Source of the DNA: Gammaproteobacteria bacterium
Lineage (GTDB): Bacteria > Pseudomonadota > Gammaproteobacteria > Steroidobacterales > JABDLF01
NCBI GenBank assembly: GCA_041565075.1
Contig: JBFGOQ010000003.1
Coordinates: 16,394-80,393, forward strand
Direction of reading: 5' to 3'
Length of the DNA stretch: 64,000 nt
Part shown: piece after piece, positions 18,018-27,020 of the stretch
Position numbering within the stretch: the first letter of the stretch is position 1
Layout of the letters: the number at the start of each line of letters is the position of its first letter
Translations under genes and position numbers: made by a program
Notes under the pieces: generated by a model
The model's database searches: none
What the model was told of the DNA's origin: nothing
What the model saw: the letters and a program-made list of their open reading frames with translations, nothing else

Positions 18018-18893
18018 ATGAAATCTCCGGTAGAGCTGGTCATCACGCCGCGCAAGCGCGACCTCGGGGGCTTTTTCGTCAGACGGGTCCTGCCTTTTGC
18101 CAGCCGCCGCCTGGTGGGGCCGTTCATATTTTTTGATCACATCGGCCCTGCAGATTTCGCCCCGGGCGAGGGTATCAACGTGCGGCCCCACCCCCACATA
18201 TGTCTTGCCACCGTGACTTATCTTTTTGAGGGTGAAATTTTCCATCGCGACAGCCTCGGTCACGCACAGGCCATAAGCCCACACGCCGTCAACTGGATGA
18301 CTGCGGGCCGTGGCATTGTGCACTCGGAGCGCACGCGACCAGCGATCAGGGCGCAAGGGCAGCGCTTGCACGGCATACAAAGCTGGATCGCATTGCCAAA
18401 GGAATTTGAGGAGGTGGCGCCATCGTTTCGCCATCATCCGGCAAATACTCTGCCGGTTCTTCAGGCCGACGGTCTGAAACTGAGGATCATCGCCGGATTT
18501 GCCTACGGCGAGCATTCGCCCGTCGAGACTTGCTCGGACACCTTGTATGTGGACGCTGATATGCAAGCCGGCGCAGAGCTGGCGGTAGGTAATGAACATC
18601 AGGAACGAGCGGTGCACGTATGCAGTGGCGAAGTGCAGATTGCTGGTGCTACTTTCGCTGCTGGTACCATGGCAGTTCTGCGCGAAGGCGCCGAAGTGAC
18701 CGTCTCCGCAAGCCAGGCGGCGAGAATCATGCTGCTCGGGGGTGACAGGATCGATGGTGAGCGCCACATCTGGTGGAATTTTGTGGCCAGTTCCGAGGCG
18801 CGCATAGATCAGGCGAAGCTGGATTGGGCAGAGGGGCGTTTCCCGAAGGTCCCTGGTGACGAAAAAGAATTCATACCGTTGCCTGAAAAATAG
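18018..18893 (+). CDS. Pirin family protein (bicupin, YhhW-like)
   Basis: RPHPHICLATVTYLFEGEIFHRDSLG and NWMTAGRGIVHSER carry the His/Glu metal ligands of the pirin N-terminal cupin. 291 aa. Confidence 0.85.
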   Translation: MKSPVELVITPRKRDLGGFFVRRVLPFASRRLVGPFIFFDHIGPADFAPGEGINVRPHPHICLATVTYLFEGEIFHRDSLGHAQAISPHAVNWMTAGRGIVHSERTRPAIRAQGQRLHGIQSWIALPKEFEEVAPSFRHHPANTLPVLQADGLKLRIIAGFAYGEHSPVETCSDTLYVDADMQAGAELAVGNEHQERAVHVCSGEVQIAGATFAAGTMAVLREGAEVTVSASQAARIMLLGGDRIDGERHIWWNFVASSEARIDQAKLDWAEGRFPKVPGDEKEFIPLPEK

Positions 18894-18968
18894 CGGGCTG
18901 CGTGTTCAGACTTAGCCCTTTTAATAATGTCGGTAAAAGCCGGTACGAAAAACAAGATGGAGATCAAG

Positions 18969-21900
18969 ATGAATATCCGCCATTTTTGCTGGTCAGTTCT
19001 TCTGGCGTTGCTGATAAGCCCATTGTCAGCGAGCGAGAAAAAAGAAACCAAGCCGGGATTGAATGCCAGCACCTTTAGCGGCCTTGCGATGCGCGGCATC
19101 GGTCCGGCGCTGATGTCCGGGCGCATTGCTGACGTTGTGATTCACCCCAGCGACAAAGGCACGCGCTATGTTGCAGTAGGCAGTGGCAATGTCTGGAAAA
19201 CCACCAATGCCGGCACAACCTGGACGCCAATTTTCGATAAGGCAGGCCCTTACTCCGTCGCATGTATAACGCTGGATCCAAACCGGCCAGATACTGTCTG
19301 GCTGGGCACCGGTGAAAACGTCGGCGGGCGACATGTGGGTTATGGCGACGGTGTTTATCGCAGCCTCGACGGTGGTAAGAACTGGGAAAACATGGGGCTG
19401 GCCAAGTCCGAGCATATCGGCATGATTCGCATCGACCCGCGCGATTCCGACGTAATCTACGTGGCCGCTCAGGGGCCCTTGTGGTCGGCGGGCGGAGAGC
19501 GCGGACTTTTCAAGAGTACCGATGGCGGCAAGGCCTGGAAAAAGATTCTGGGCGGTGGCGAGTACACAGGTGTAAACGAGGTACACCTGGATCCGCGTAA
19601 TCCGGATGTCCTGTATGCCTCCACGCATCAGCGCTTACGTACGGTCGCGGCGTTGATGAACGGCGGGCCGGAATCCGGTATTCACAAGTCCACGGACGGC
19701 GGCGAGACGTGGCGCGAACTCAGACAGGGCCTGCCGGAAGAAAATATGGGCAAAATAGGCCTGGCAATCTCACCGCAAAAGCCTGATGTGATTTACGCGA
19801 CGATTGAACTGGAGCGTCGCAGCGGAGGTTTCTGGCGTTCCGCAGATGGCGGCGAGACCTGGGAAAAACGTAACGATTATGTCTCTGGGGCTACGGGGCC
19901 GCATTATTACCAGGAAATCTTTGCCAGCCCGCACAAGTTTGATCGCGTTTACCAGGCCGATGTCTGGATGCGGGTGACCGATGACGGTGGCGAGAACTTC
20001 AAGCGACTTGAGCACCAGCACATGCATCCGGATCATCATGCGCTGGCGTTCGATCCCTCTGACCCGGAGTACTTGCTGGTCGGCAGCGACGGCGGCATCT
20101 ATGAGACCTGGGATCACGGCAAGACCTGGAAATTTGTAGCCAATTTACCGGTAACCCAGTTCTACAAAGTAGCGGTCGACTACGACACACCCTTTTATAA
20201 CGTTTACGGCGGCACCCAGGACAACAACACCCAGGGCGGCCCGTCGCGCACAGACAATACTCATGGGATTCGTAACAGCGACTGGTTTATAACTCTGTTT
20301 GGTGATGGTCACCAGCCGGCCGTGGATCCTACCAACCCGGATATCATTTACTCCGAGTGGCAGCAGGGCAACCTGACTCGTTACGACAGAAAATCGGGCG
20401 AGATCGTTTACATCCAGCCGCAGCCGGCAGCCGATGAGCCCTGGGACCGGTTCAACTGGGACGCGCCCATCTACATCAGTGCCCACGACCCCAGACGCCT
20501 GTATTTCGCCAGCCAGCGGCTGTGGCGCAGCGACGATCGGGGCGACAGCTGGAGCTCGCTGAGCGGTGACCTGTCGCGCGGCCTGGATCGGCTCAAACTG
20601 CCCATGATGGGCAGGGTATGGAGCTGGGATTCCCCGTGGGATACCTACGCGATGTCCAAGTTCGGCACGATTACTTCCATTGGCGAATCGCCGCTCAACG
20701 AAGACCTGCTGTATGCAGGCACCGACGATGGCCTGGTTCAGGTCAGCGAAGACGGTGGCGCCAGCTGGCGACGTATAGGCAAACTGCCTGGTGTGCCCGA
20801 TTACTTTTTCGTCAACGACATCAAGGCTGACTTGCACGACGAAAACACGGTTTACGTGGTGGTGGACAACCACAAGGCCGGTGACTTCAAGCCCTACATT
20901 CTAAAAAGTACTAATCGCGGCAGAACCTGGCGCAGCATCCGTGGCGACCTTCCTGACCGGCATCTCGTGTGGCGGCTGGTACAGGACCATGTCAACCCGA
21001 AGCTGCTGTTTGCCGGGACCGAGTTCGGGGTGTTTTTTACCATCGACGGTGGGCGGCGCTGGGTAAAACTGGAAGGTGGTGCGCCCAACATTCCGTTTCG
21101 TGACCTTGCGATCCAGAAACGGGAGAACGACCTGGTCGGCGCGACTTTTGGCCGCGGCTTTTACATCCTCGACGATTATTCGCCGTTGCGCAGCATTACG
21201 GAAAGCGATCTGCAGCAGGATGCGTTGCTGTTTCCGGTAAAAGATGCCCTTTGGTACCTGCCGAAGAACCCGCTGGGACGCGAGCGTGGCGACGATAACC
21301 GTGCCACCCAGGGCGCATCGTTCTTCGTTGCGCCGAACCCGCCTTTTGGTGCGGTGTTCACCTATTATCTGAGAGACGAAATCAAGACCAGGAAAGAGCG
21401 GCGCCGGGATGCCGAGAAAAAGATCGAAAAAGAGGGCGGTGATACGCCTTATCCCGGCTGGGATGTGCTGCGCGAAGAATCTCTGGAGAATGATCCCGCC
21501 GTGCTGTTCACCGTGCGTGATGCAGCCGGCAATATCGTGCGACATTTTGCCGCACCGGTGAAAGCCGGATTCCACCGCGTAGCCTGGGATCTGCGTTATC
21601 CGGCCAAATTGCCCTGGGCCGCAGACCTGGACGAGGAAGATATTCAGGACGAGGCCGGTGCGCTGGCGCCGCCGGGCAGGTATACGGTGAGCATGGCAAA
21701 GAGCGTAGATGGCGTGGTGTCGCCGCTGGCCGGCCCCTTGCCCTTCACCGTCAGGTCCATGGTCGAAAAAGCCTTGCCTGGCGCCTCACCCGAAGCGATG
21801 ACCAGATTCGCGTTGCAACTCGACGAAATCGAGCGCCAGGTCGGCGGCGCGCAATCCGCAGTCAAAGCCGCCATCAAACGCGTCGAGGCAATCCAGGCAA

Positions 21901-22238
21901 CGCTGCTGCGTTCCACCGTAGATGCGAGTGTCCTTTCGCAGGCGGATGGCTTTACCAGGCGCCTGAAGTTGTTGCAGGAGCGCCTGGCAGGCGATGAGCG
22001 ACGCAACATTATGAACGAGGACGGACCGGTATCCATCGAACGGCGGGTCGCCGTCGCTTTTTATGGCACGCATTTCTCTACCTACGGTCCGACGCCGACG
22101 CATGAACAGAGCCTTGACATTGCGCAGCAGCAGTTCGCCGACTGGAAGCGTCAGCTGGATGCCATTCTCCGGGTTGAGTTGCCTGCCTTCGAGGAAAAAC
22201 TTGAAGCCGCCGGTGTGCCCTGGACGCCTGGCCGCTGA
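18969..22238 (+). CDS. Secreted BNR/Asp-box repeat protein (sortilin/VPS10-like beta-propeller, 'glycosyl hydrolase BNR repeat' type)
   Basis: GGAGA lies 6 nt before the ATG at 18969. Signal peptide MNIRHFCWSVLLALLISPLSA. Repeated SxDxGxxW boxes: SLDGGKNW, STDGGKAW, STDGGETW, SADGGETW, SEDGGASW, TIDGGRRW. Confidence 0.75.
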   Translation: MNIRHFCWSVLLALLISPLSASEKKETKPGLNASTFSGLAMRGIGPALMSGRIADVVIHPSDKGTRYVAVGSGNVWKTTNAGTTWTPIFDKAGPYSVACITLDPNRPDTVWLGTGENVGGRHVGYGDGVYRSLDGGKNWENMGLAKSEHIGMIRIDPRDSDVIYVAAQGPLWSAGGERGLFKSTDGGKAWKKILGGGEYTGVNEVHLDPRNPDVLYASTHQRLRTVAALMNGGPESGIHKSTDGGETWRELRQGLPEENMGKIGLAISPQKPDVIYATIELERRSGGFWRSADGGETWEKRNDYVSGATGPHYYQEIFASPHKFDRVYQADVWMRVTDDGGENFKRLEHQHMHPDHHALAFDPSDPEYLLVGSDGGIYETWDHGKTWKFVANLPVTQFYKVAVDYDTPFYNVYGGTQDNNTQGGPSRTDNTHGIRNSDWFITLFGDGHQPAVDPTNPDIIYSEWQQGNLTRYDRKSGEIVYIQPQPAADEPWDRFNWDAPIYISAHDPRRLYFASQRLWRSDDRGDSWSSLSGDLSRGLDRLKLPMMGRVWSWDSPWDTYAMSKFGTITSIGESPLNEDLLYAGTDDGLVQVSEDGGASWRRIGKLPGVPDYFFVNDIKADLHDENTVYVVVDNHKAGDFKPYILKSTNRGRTWRSIRGDLPDRHLVWRLVQDHVNPKLLFAGTEFGVFFTIDGGRRWVKLEGGAPNIPFRDLAIQKRENDLVGATFGRGFYILDDYSPLRSITESDLQQDALLFPVKDALWYLPKNPLGRERGDDNRATQGASFFVAPNPPFGAVFTYYLRDEIKTRKERRRDAEKKIEKEGGDTPYPGWDVLREESLENDPAVLFTVRDAAGNIVRHFAAPVKAGFHRVAWDLRYPAKLPWAADLDEEDIQDEAGALAPPGRYTVSMAKSVDGVVSPLAGPLPFTVRSMVEKALPGASPEAMTRFALQLDEIERQVGGAQSAVKAAIKRVEAIQATLLRSTVDASVLSQADGFTRRLKLLQERLAGDERRNIMNEDGPVSIERRVAVAFYGTHFSTYGPTPTHEQSLDIAQQQFADWKRQLDAILRVELPAFEEKLEAAGVPWTPGR

Positions 22239-22368
22239 CGTCTTCTGAAGCCAGCTGAGTGTGACTGATTAACAGCTTGTAACATGTGCTACTGGCAACC
22301 CGCGTTATACTGGCCGACGCATAAAACTGAACAGGCACATGCCCGCAAGCAGACAATAAGGAGCAGTA

Positions 22369-22644
22369 ATGGGGATTATTTCTTGGATGGTCATGGGTCT
22401 CATGATTGGCGCACTGGCGAAGTGGATTATGCCGGGCAAAGATCCGGGAGGCATTTTTGTAACAATGATGATCGGTATCGCCGGCGGCCTTGTTGGCGGC
22501 TTTATCGGATCGGCGCTTGGGCTCGGCAAGGTTGATGGTTTCGGTTTCGGCAGCCTCGCCCTCGCTTTAGGCGGTGCATTGTTGCTGCTGTTTCTTTATC
22601 GCAAGTTTAAGAAACCAGAAGCAGGTCCGTCCGGCGACCAGTAA
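22369..22644 (+). CDS. yeaQ: GlsB/YeaQ/YmgE family stress-response membrane protein
   Basis: MGIISWMVMGLMIGALAKWIMPGKDPGGIFVTMMIGIAGGLVGGFIG is the classic transglycosylase-associated (YeaQ) sequence. AAGGAG RBS present. Confidence 0.9.
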   Translation: MGIISWMVMGLMIGALAKWIMPGKDPGGIFVTMMIGIAGGLVGGFIGSALGLGKVDGFGFGSLALALGGALLLLFLYRKFKKPEAGPSGDQ

Positions 22645-22659
22645 GCCAATCAGGCAGCA

Positions 22660-23226
22660 TCAGGTTCCGGATGTGGCAATGGCGCCTGCGCGCGCAATTG
22701 CTATAAGGCTTTTCTTGCCTTCGTGCGTAAACAGAACCGGCTGGTAGAGAATGCGGGTCTGACCCTGACGGTCTGCTATCGAAAAACGCAGTATGCGAAT
22801 GCTTTCACCGTCCTTGAATAACCACGGCAGGTGAAAACCGCTGACCGGCATGGAATCCGACTGAGCCAACCATTTGCCCTTGTTAAATATCCCGTCGTCC
22901 GGTGTAACCAGTCGCAGCGCATCCGCATCGCTGACATCTGAAACAACCACCATGTCGACATCGGGGTTGGTAACTGCAAGCGTAAAGGTCCAGGTCCAGG
23001 TAAACCCGTCTCCCTGCCCGTGCTCTGCGAGCATGTAACCGGCGACCTCGACATTCACCCAGTCGTTGCTCGCCGGAAGCGGTCCCGCCTCGTCCCAGGG
23101 ATGGGCGATGTCGGTGCCATCACCGAGGGTCAGAATCCGGCTCTCGACGCCGGACCCCGGCGCTTCAGAGCCGATACACGCGGCCAGAAACGTAAGTAAG
23201 CCAAAGACAAGAAAATGTCGAATCAC
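22660..23226 (-). CDS. Hypothetical lipoprotein
   Basis: From the GTG at 23226: VIRHFLVFGLLTFLAAC (lipobox LAAC). Remainder is beta-rich and has no recognised domain. Starts 17 nt after the stop of the UDG-family gene. Start codon choice is uncertain. Confidence 0.5.
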   Translation of the reverse strand: MIRHFLVFGLLTFLAACIGSEAPGSGVESRILTLGDGTDIAHPWDEAGPLPASNDWVNVEVAGYMLAEHGQGDGFTWTWTFTLAVTNPDVDMVVVSDVSDADALRLVTPDDGIFNKGKWLAQSDSMPVSGFHLPWLFKDGESIRILRFSIADRQGQTRILYQPVLFTHEGKKSLIAIARAGAIATSGT

Positions 23227-23242
23227 GCGCTTGTACAACAAA

Positions 23243-23824
23243 TCAGGTTCGTTCAAGGCGCCGCAGTTTAGCACGCAGTGCCGCTACCACCTCCGCCTCA
23301 AACCACGGATTACGCTTCAACCACAACGTGTTACGCGGTGATGGGTGGGGCATCGGCAGGAAGTCTGGCGCATACTCTCGCCAGGCGCGAACCGTATCTG
23401 TGAGGGTCTTTTTCGCCCTGCTGCCCAGGTAATATCGCTGGGCGTACTGACCGACCAACAAGGTCAGTTGCAGATTCGGCAGCTCGGCCTGCAAACGCGA
23501 ATGCCAAAGCGGTGCGCATTCGGGCCGTGGCGGAAGGTCACCGGACCTGCCCTTCCCCGGATAACAAAACCCCATGGGAATAATGGCGAATTGCCGTGCG
23601 TCGTAAAACGCATCGCGATCGACGGCCATCCAGGCGCGCAATCGCTTGCCACTGAGGTCGTTCCAGGGAATGCCGGTTTCGTGTACCCGGATGCCGGGCG
23701 CCTGACCGATAATCAGCACTCGCGCGTTGGCGTGAGCACGCAGAACGGGCCGTGGACCGAGTGGTAAGTGTGCCTCGCAGTGGCGGCAGGCGCGAACTTC
23801 TTCGAGTAGCTTGTTAAGCGTCAT
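23243..23824 (-). CDS. Uracil-DNA glycosylase superfamily protein (non-Ung family)
   Basis: LIIGQAPG, IIPMGFCYPG and PMPHPSPRN correspond to motifs A and B of UDG family 4/5/6-type enzymes. N-terminal CRHC. Confidence 0.7.
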   Translation of the reverse strand: MTLNKLLEEVRACRHCEAHLPLGPRPVLRAHANARVLIIGQAPGIRVHETGIPWNDLSGKRLRAWMAVDRDAFYDARQFAIIPMGFCYPGKGRSGDLPPRPECAPLWHSRLQAELPNLQLTLLVGQYAQRYYLGSRAKKTLTDTVRAWREYAPDFLPMPHPSPRNTLWLKRNPWFEAEVVAALRAKLRRLERT

Positions 23825-24120
23825 GTATTTATCGTTTCAATCTGTCTTCGGGGTATTGAGTTGCGATCGCGGTTTCGCTGCCACAACTATTTGCGCTGGC
23901 ATGAAGCTGACGGTTACGACAGTCCTGCAAATTCGTACTTCGTCCGCCTTTCGTCGGTGCATGTCGCCCGCTCCTTTTTGAGGCCGGCATATCCACGATA
24001 ACCTGGGCGGGATGCGCAAATTGTTTGCACCACAATACGCCTGTGGCCGCTTTGTAATGGTTTTTGTTATTGGCGTATAGTGTAGACGCGCTGAATTAAG
24101 AAGCAAAAGGAAATAACTTG

Positions 24121-25077
24121 ATGCACGGCGTTTTTCTTGATTTTGCGACGGTCAGTAATAACGATATTGACACCGGGCTGCTGGACGGCGTGTTACCTGA
24201 CCTTGTGTATCATCCGGTAACTCGTACCGAAAGCGTTGCCGAGCGAATCGCCAATGCTGAGGTTGTAATTACCAACAAGATTGCGCTTGGCGCCGAGGCA
24301 TTTGCAGCGGCCCCGCAGCTGAAGCTCGTCGTGCTGGCTGCGACCGGCACCAACAATATTGATCTCGATGCGGCAAAGGCGTCTGGCATTGCCGTTTACA
24401 ATATCCGTGATTACTGCACATCATCGGTGGTACAGCATGTTTACGCGCTGATTCTGGCGCTGACCCGGCATGTGCGCGCCTACCAGCACCTGCTGGAGAC
24501 CAACGCCTGGCACGACAGCCCACAGTTTTGCATGCTGGATTATCCTATTCGGGAACTGGACGGAAAAACCCTGGGGATCATTGGCTACGGTGCGCTGGGT
24601 CAGGCGGTGGCACGCATTGCGCAGGCTTTCGGACTTGAAGTCATGATTGCACGGCGTGCGGGAATCAATGATGACAGGGCGGGGCGGAGCAGCCTCGAAG
24701 ATCTGCTGGGCAATTCAGACATCGTTACCTTGCATTGTCCGCTGACACCGGCCACTGAAGGGCTGATTGGCCAGGCCGAACTTGAGCTGATGAAGGAAGA
24801 CGCCGTGCTCATCAATACCGCCCGCGGTGCGCTGGTACACGAAGAGGCTCTGGCACTGGCCTTGCGCGCAGGGCGTCTCGGCGGTGCCGGAATCGACGTC
24901 CTTAGCGAAGAGCCGCCCGTGCACGGCAACCCTTTGCTTACCGGCCGTATCCCCAACCTGATCGTGACCCCGCATGTGGCCTGGGCAGCACAGGAGGCGC
25001 GTCAGCGTGCGGTGAACGCGATGGCCGAGAACATCGAGGCCTTCCAGCGCGGTGACGACAGCAACCGCGTTGCCTGA
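24121..25077 (+). CDS. D-isomer-specific 2-hydroxyacid dehydrogenase (glycerate/hydroxypyruvate reductase-like)
   Basis: NAD motif LGIIGYGALGQAVA, INTARGALV and TPHVAWA (catalytic His region). AAGGAAA RBS lies 7 nt upstream of the ATG at 24121. Confidence 0.85.
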   Translation: MHGVFLDFATVSNNDIDTGLLDGVLPDLVYHPVTRTESVAERIANAEVVITNKIALGAEAFAAAPQLKLVVLAATGTNNIDLDAAKASGIAVYNIRDYCTSSVVQHVYALILALTRHVRAYQHLLETNAWHDSPQFCMLDYPIRELDGKTLGIIGYGALGQAVARIAQAFGLEVMIARRAGINDDRAGRSSLEDLLGNSDIVTLHCPLTPATEGLIGQAELELMKEDAVLINTARGALVHEEALALALRAGRLGGAGIDVLSEEPPVHGNPLLTGRIPNLIVTPHVAWAAQEARQRAVNAMAENIEAFQRGDDSNRVA

Positions 25078-25087
25078 GGCTGCGGCA

Positions 25088-26521
25088 GTGAAAAAAGCGA
25101 TCGTCTGGTTCCGGCGTGACCTGCGCCTTAGCGACAATCCGGCGCTGCGGCATGCTGTCGACGAATTCGAGCAGGTGTTGCTGGTGTATGTACATGCGCC
25201 ACAGGAAGAGGGTGACTGGTCACCCGGTGCTGCGAGTTGCTGGTGGTTACACCACAGTCTTGCAGCGCTCGACAAAAAAATCCGTAAACGCAACAGTCGC
25301 CTGATTATTCGTACTGGAGCGAGTCGCGATGCATTGCTCGAGCTGACCGGGCAATTTAATGCCGATGCCGTATTGTGGAATCGGCTCTATGATCCGGCGA
25401 CCATAAAGCGCGACAAGCAAGTCAAGAAGGCGCTGGCCGATGCGGGCCTGACAACCCGCAGTTTCGCCGCCAACCTGTTGTTCGAGCCGTGGACCATCAG
25501 CACCAAGGACGACAATCCCTACAAGGTATACACACCCTTCTGGAAGGCCTGCATGAAAGAGCCGGCACCGGCCGGACCCGAGGCATCGGTGCGCGCATTG
25601 CGCGCGCCTGGAAAGTTTCCAGCGTCGGAAAGTCTTGATGCTCTTGAGCTTTTGCCGGTTATCAACTGGGACGATGGCCTCGAGGCCGCGTGGACGCCCG
25701 GTGAGGACGGCGCTGGCGCGCGTCTGGATCGTTTTCTCGAACACGCCATTGATGTTTACGCTACCAGCCGTGATTACCCTGCACAAGCGGGCGTTTCACG
25801 TTTGTCACCGCATTTGCATTTTGGTGAAATTTCTCCGCGCCAGGTATGGCATGCTGTTAAAGGCATGTCAGCGGCGCGCGAAGCGCAGGGTGCGAAGACT
25901 TTTCTCAAGGAAATCGGTTGGCGCGAGTTTGCCCATCATGTCCTGTATCACTTCCCGAAAACACCGGACCAGCCGCTGTATGAGAAATATGCCGCGTTTC
26001 CCTGGCGCAAGCGTCATGGCAAACTTCTGAAGGCCTGGCAAAAAGGTCAAACCGGTTTTCCAATCGTTGACGCCGGCATGCGTCAATTGTGGGCGACAGG
26101 CTGGATGCACAATCGCGTGCGCATGATCGTAGCGTCATTGCTGGTGAAGAATCTCCGAATCCCATGGCAAAAGGGTGCGAAATGGTTCTGGGATACGCTG
26201 GTGGATGCGGATCTCGCCAACAATACGCTCGGCTGGCAATGGTCGGCAGGGTGTGGCGCGGACGCCGCGCCTTATTTCCGCATTTTTAATCCGGTCACTC
26301 AGAGCCAGAAGTTTGATGGCGACGGGAAGTACCTGCGCAAGTGGGTGCCCGAATTAGCGGCTTTACCGGACAAGTGGATTCACGAACCCTGGAACGCGCC
26401 ACGCGAGGTATGCGAGGCGGCTGGCTTTACCATCGGCGCCGACTATCCGGCGCCCGTGGTGGACATGAAAGAAAGCCGCGCAGACGCGCTGGCCGCGCTC
26501 AAGGCGATCAAAGATTCATGA
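25088..26521 (+). CDS. phrB: Deoxyribodipyrimidine photo-lyase (CPD photolyase)
   Basis: IVWFRRDLRLSDNPAL, GWREFAHH, TGFPIVDAGMRQLWATGWMHNRVRM, LGWQWSAGCGADAAPYFRIFNP. GTG at 25088 has GAGG 8 nt upstream. An alternative GTG lies at 25052. Confidence 0.9.
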   Translation: MKKAIVWFRRDLRLSDNPALRHAVDEFEQVLLVYVHAPQEEGDWSPGAASCWWLHHSLAALDKKIRKRNSRLIIRTGASRDALLELTGQFNADAVLWNRLYDPATIKRDKQVKKALADAGLTTRSFAANLLFEPWTISTKDDNPYKVYTPFWKACMKEPAPAGPEASVRALRAPGKFPASESLDALELLPVINWDDGLEAAWTPGEDGAGARLDRFLEHAIDVYATSRDYPAQAGVSRLSPHLHFGEISPRQVWHAVKGMSAAREAQGAKTFLKEIGWREFAHHVLYHFPKTPDQPLYEKYAAFPWRKRHGKLLKAWQKGQTGFPIVDAGMRQLWATGWMHNRVRMIVASLLVKNLRIPWQKGAKWFWDTLVDADLANNTLGWQWSAGCGADAAPYFRIFNPVTQSQKFDGDGKYLRKWVPELAALPDKWIHEPWNAPREVCEAAGFTIGADYPAPVVDMKESRADALAALKAIKDS

Positions 26522-26963
26522 CATTGGCGGCCCACTGAATGACAGGTTTGACGCGCGGCGAAGTCAGCCGGATGGCCTCGTCATAATCTACCCAGCGAAA
26601 TTCAACATGTTCGGCACGCCCGAGCAGTGGATTGACGGGTAATTCAATTTCTTCACAACGCGTTCGTGCGATGTAATAGCGCGCTGTTTTGCCACGTGAG
26701 TATGGCCCAGTTTCCGTGAAAGTTTCCCCCCACACGAATTCGAGATCACACAATGTGGTTTCTTCTTCGATTTCGCGGCATGCTGCTTCAAATGGTGATT
26801 CACCGTCTTCGACGATGCCTTTGGGGAAATCCCAGTGATCGAAAGCCCGGAGTAACAAAAAACGCAGCCCATCCGCGGTATCACGCACCACTACTGCGCC
26901 GCACGACAAGCGTTTGCCAACTTTTCTCTGCGGGGTCATGTCAGAAGTATCGCTTGTGTGCAA
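26508..26963 (-). CDS. NUDIX hydrolase
   Basis: Nudix box GIVEDGESPFEAACREIEEETTL (GX5EX7REUXEEXGU). 151 aa. The 3' end overlaps the photolyase 3' end by 14 nt (convergent). Confidence 0.85.
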   Translation of the reverse strand: MHTSDTSDMTPQRKVGKRLSCGAVVVRDTADGLRFLLLRAFDHWDFPKGIVEDGESPFEAACREIEEETTLCDLEFVWGETFTETGPYSRGKTARYYIARTRCEEIELPVNPLLGRAEHVEFRWVDYDEAIRLTSPRVKPVIQWAANVMNL

Positions 26964-27020
26964 GACCGAGGCAATTGTCTGGCTGAGATACTCTCATGTA
27001 TACAAAATTGGAGGTTTAGA

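Noticed and set aside
17673-18767. 364-aa minus-strand ORF spanning the ICMT gene, the spacer and the pirin gene
   Set aside because: It crosses two well-supported plus-strand genes and an intergenic region. It has no motifs and antisense-type composition.
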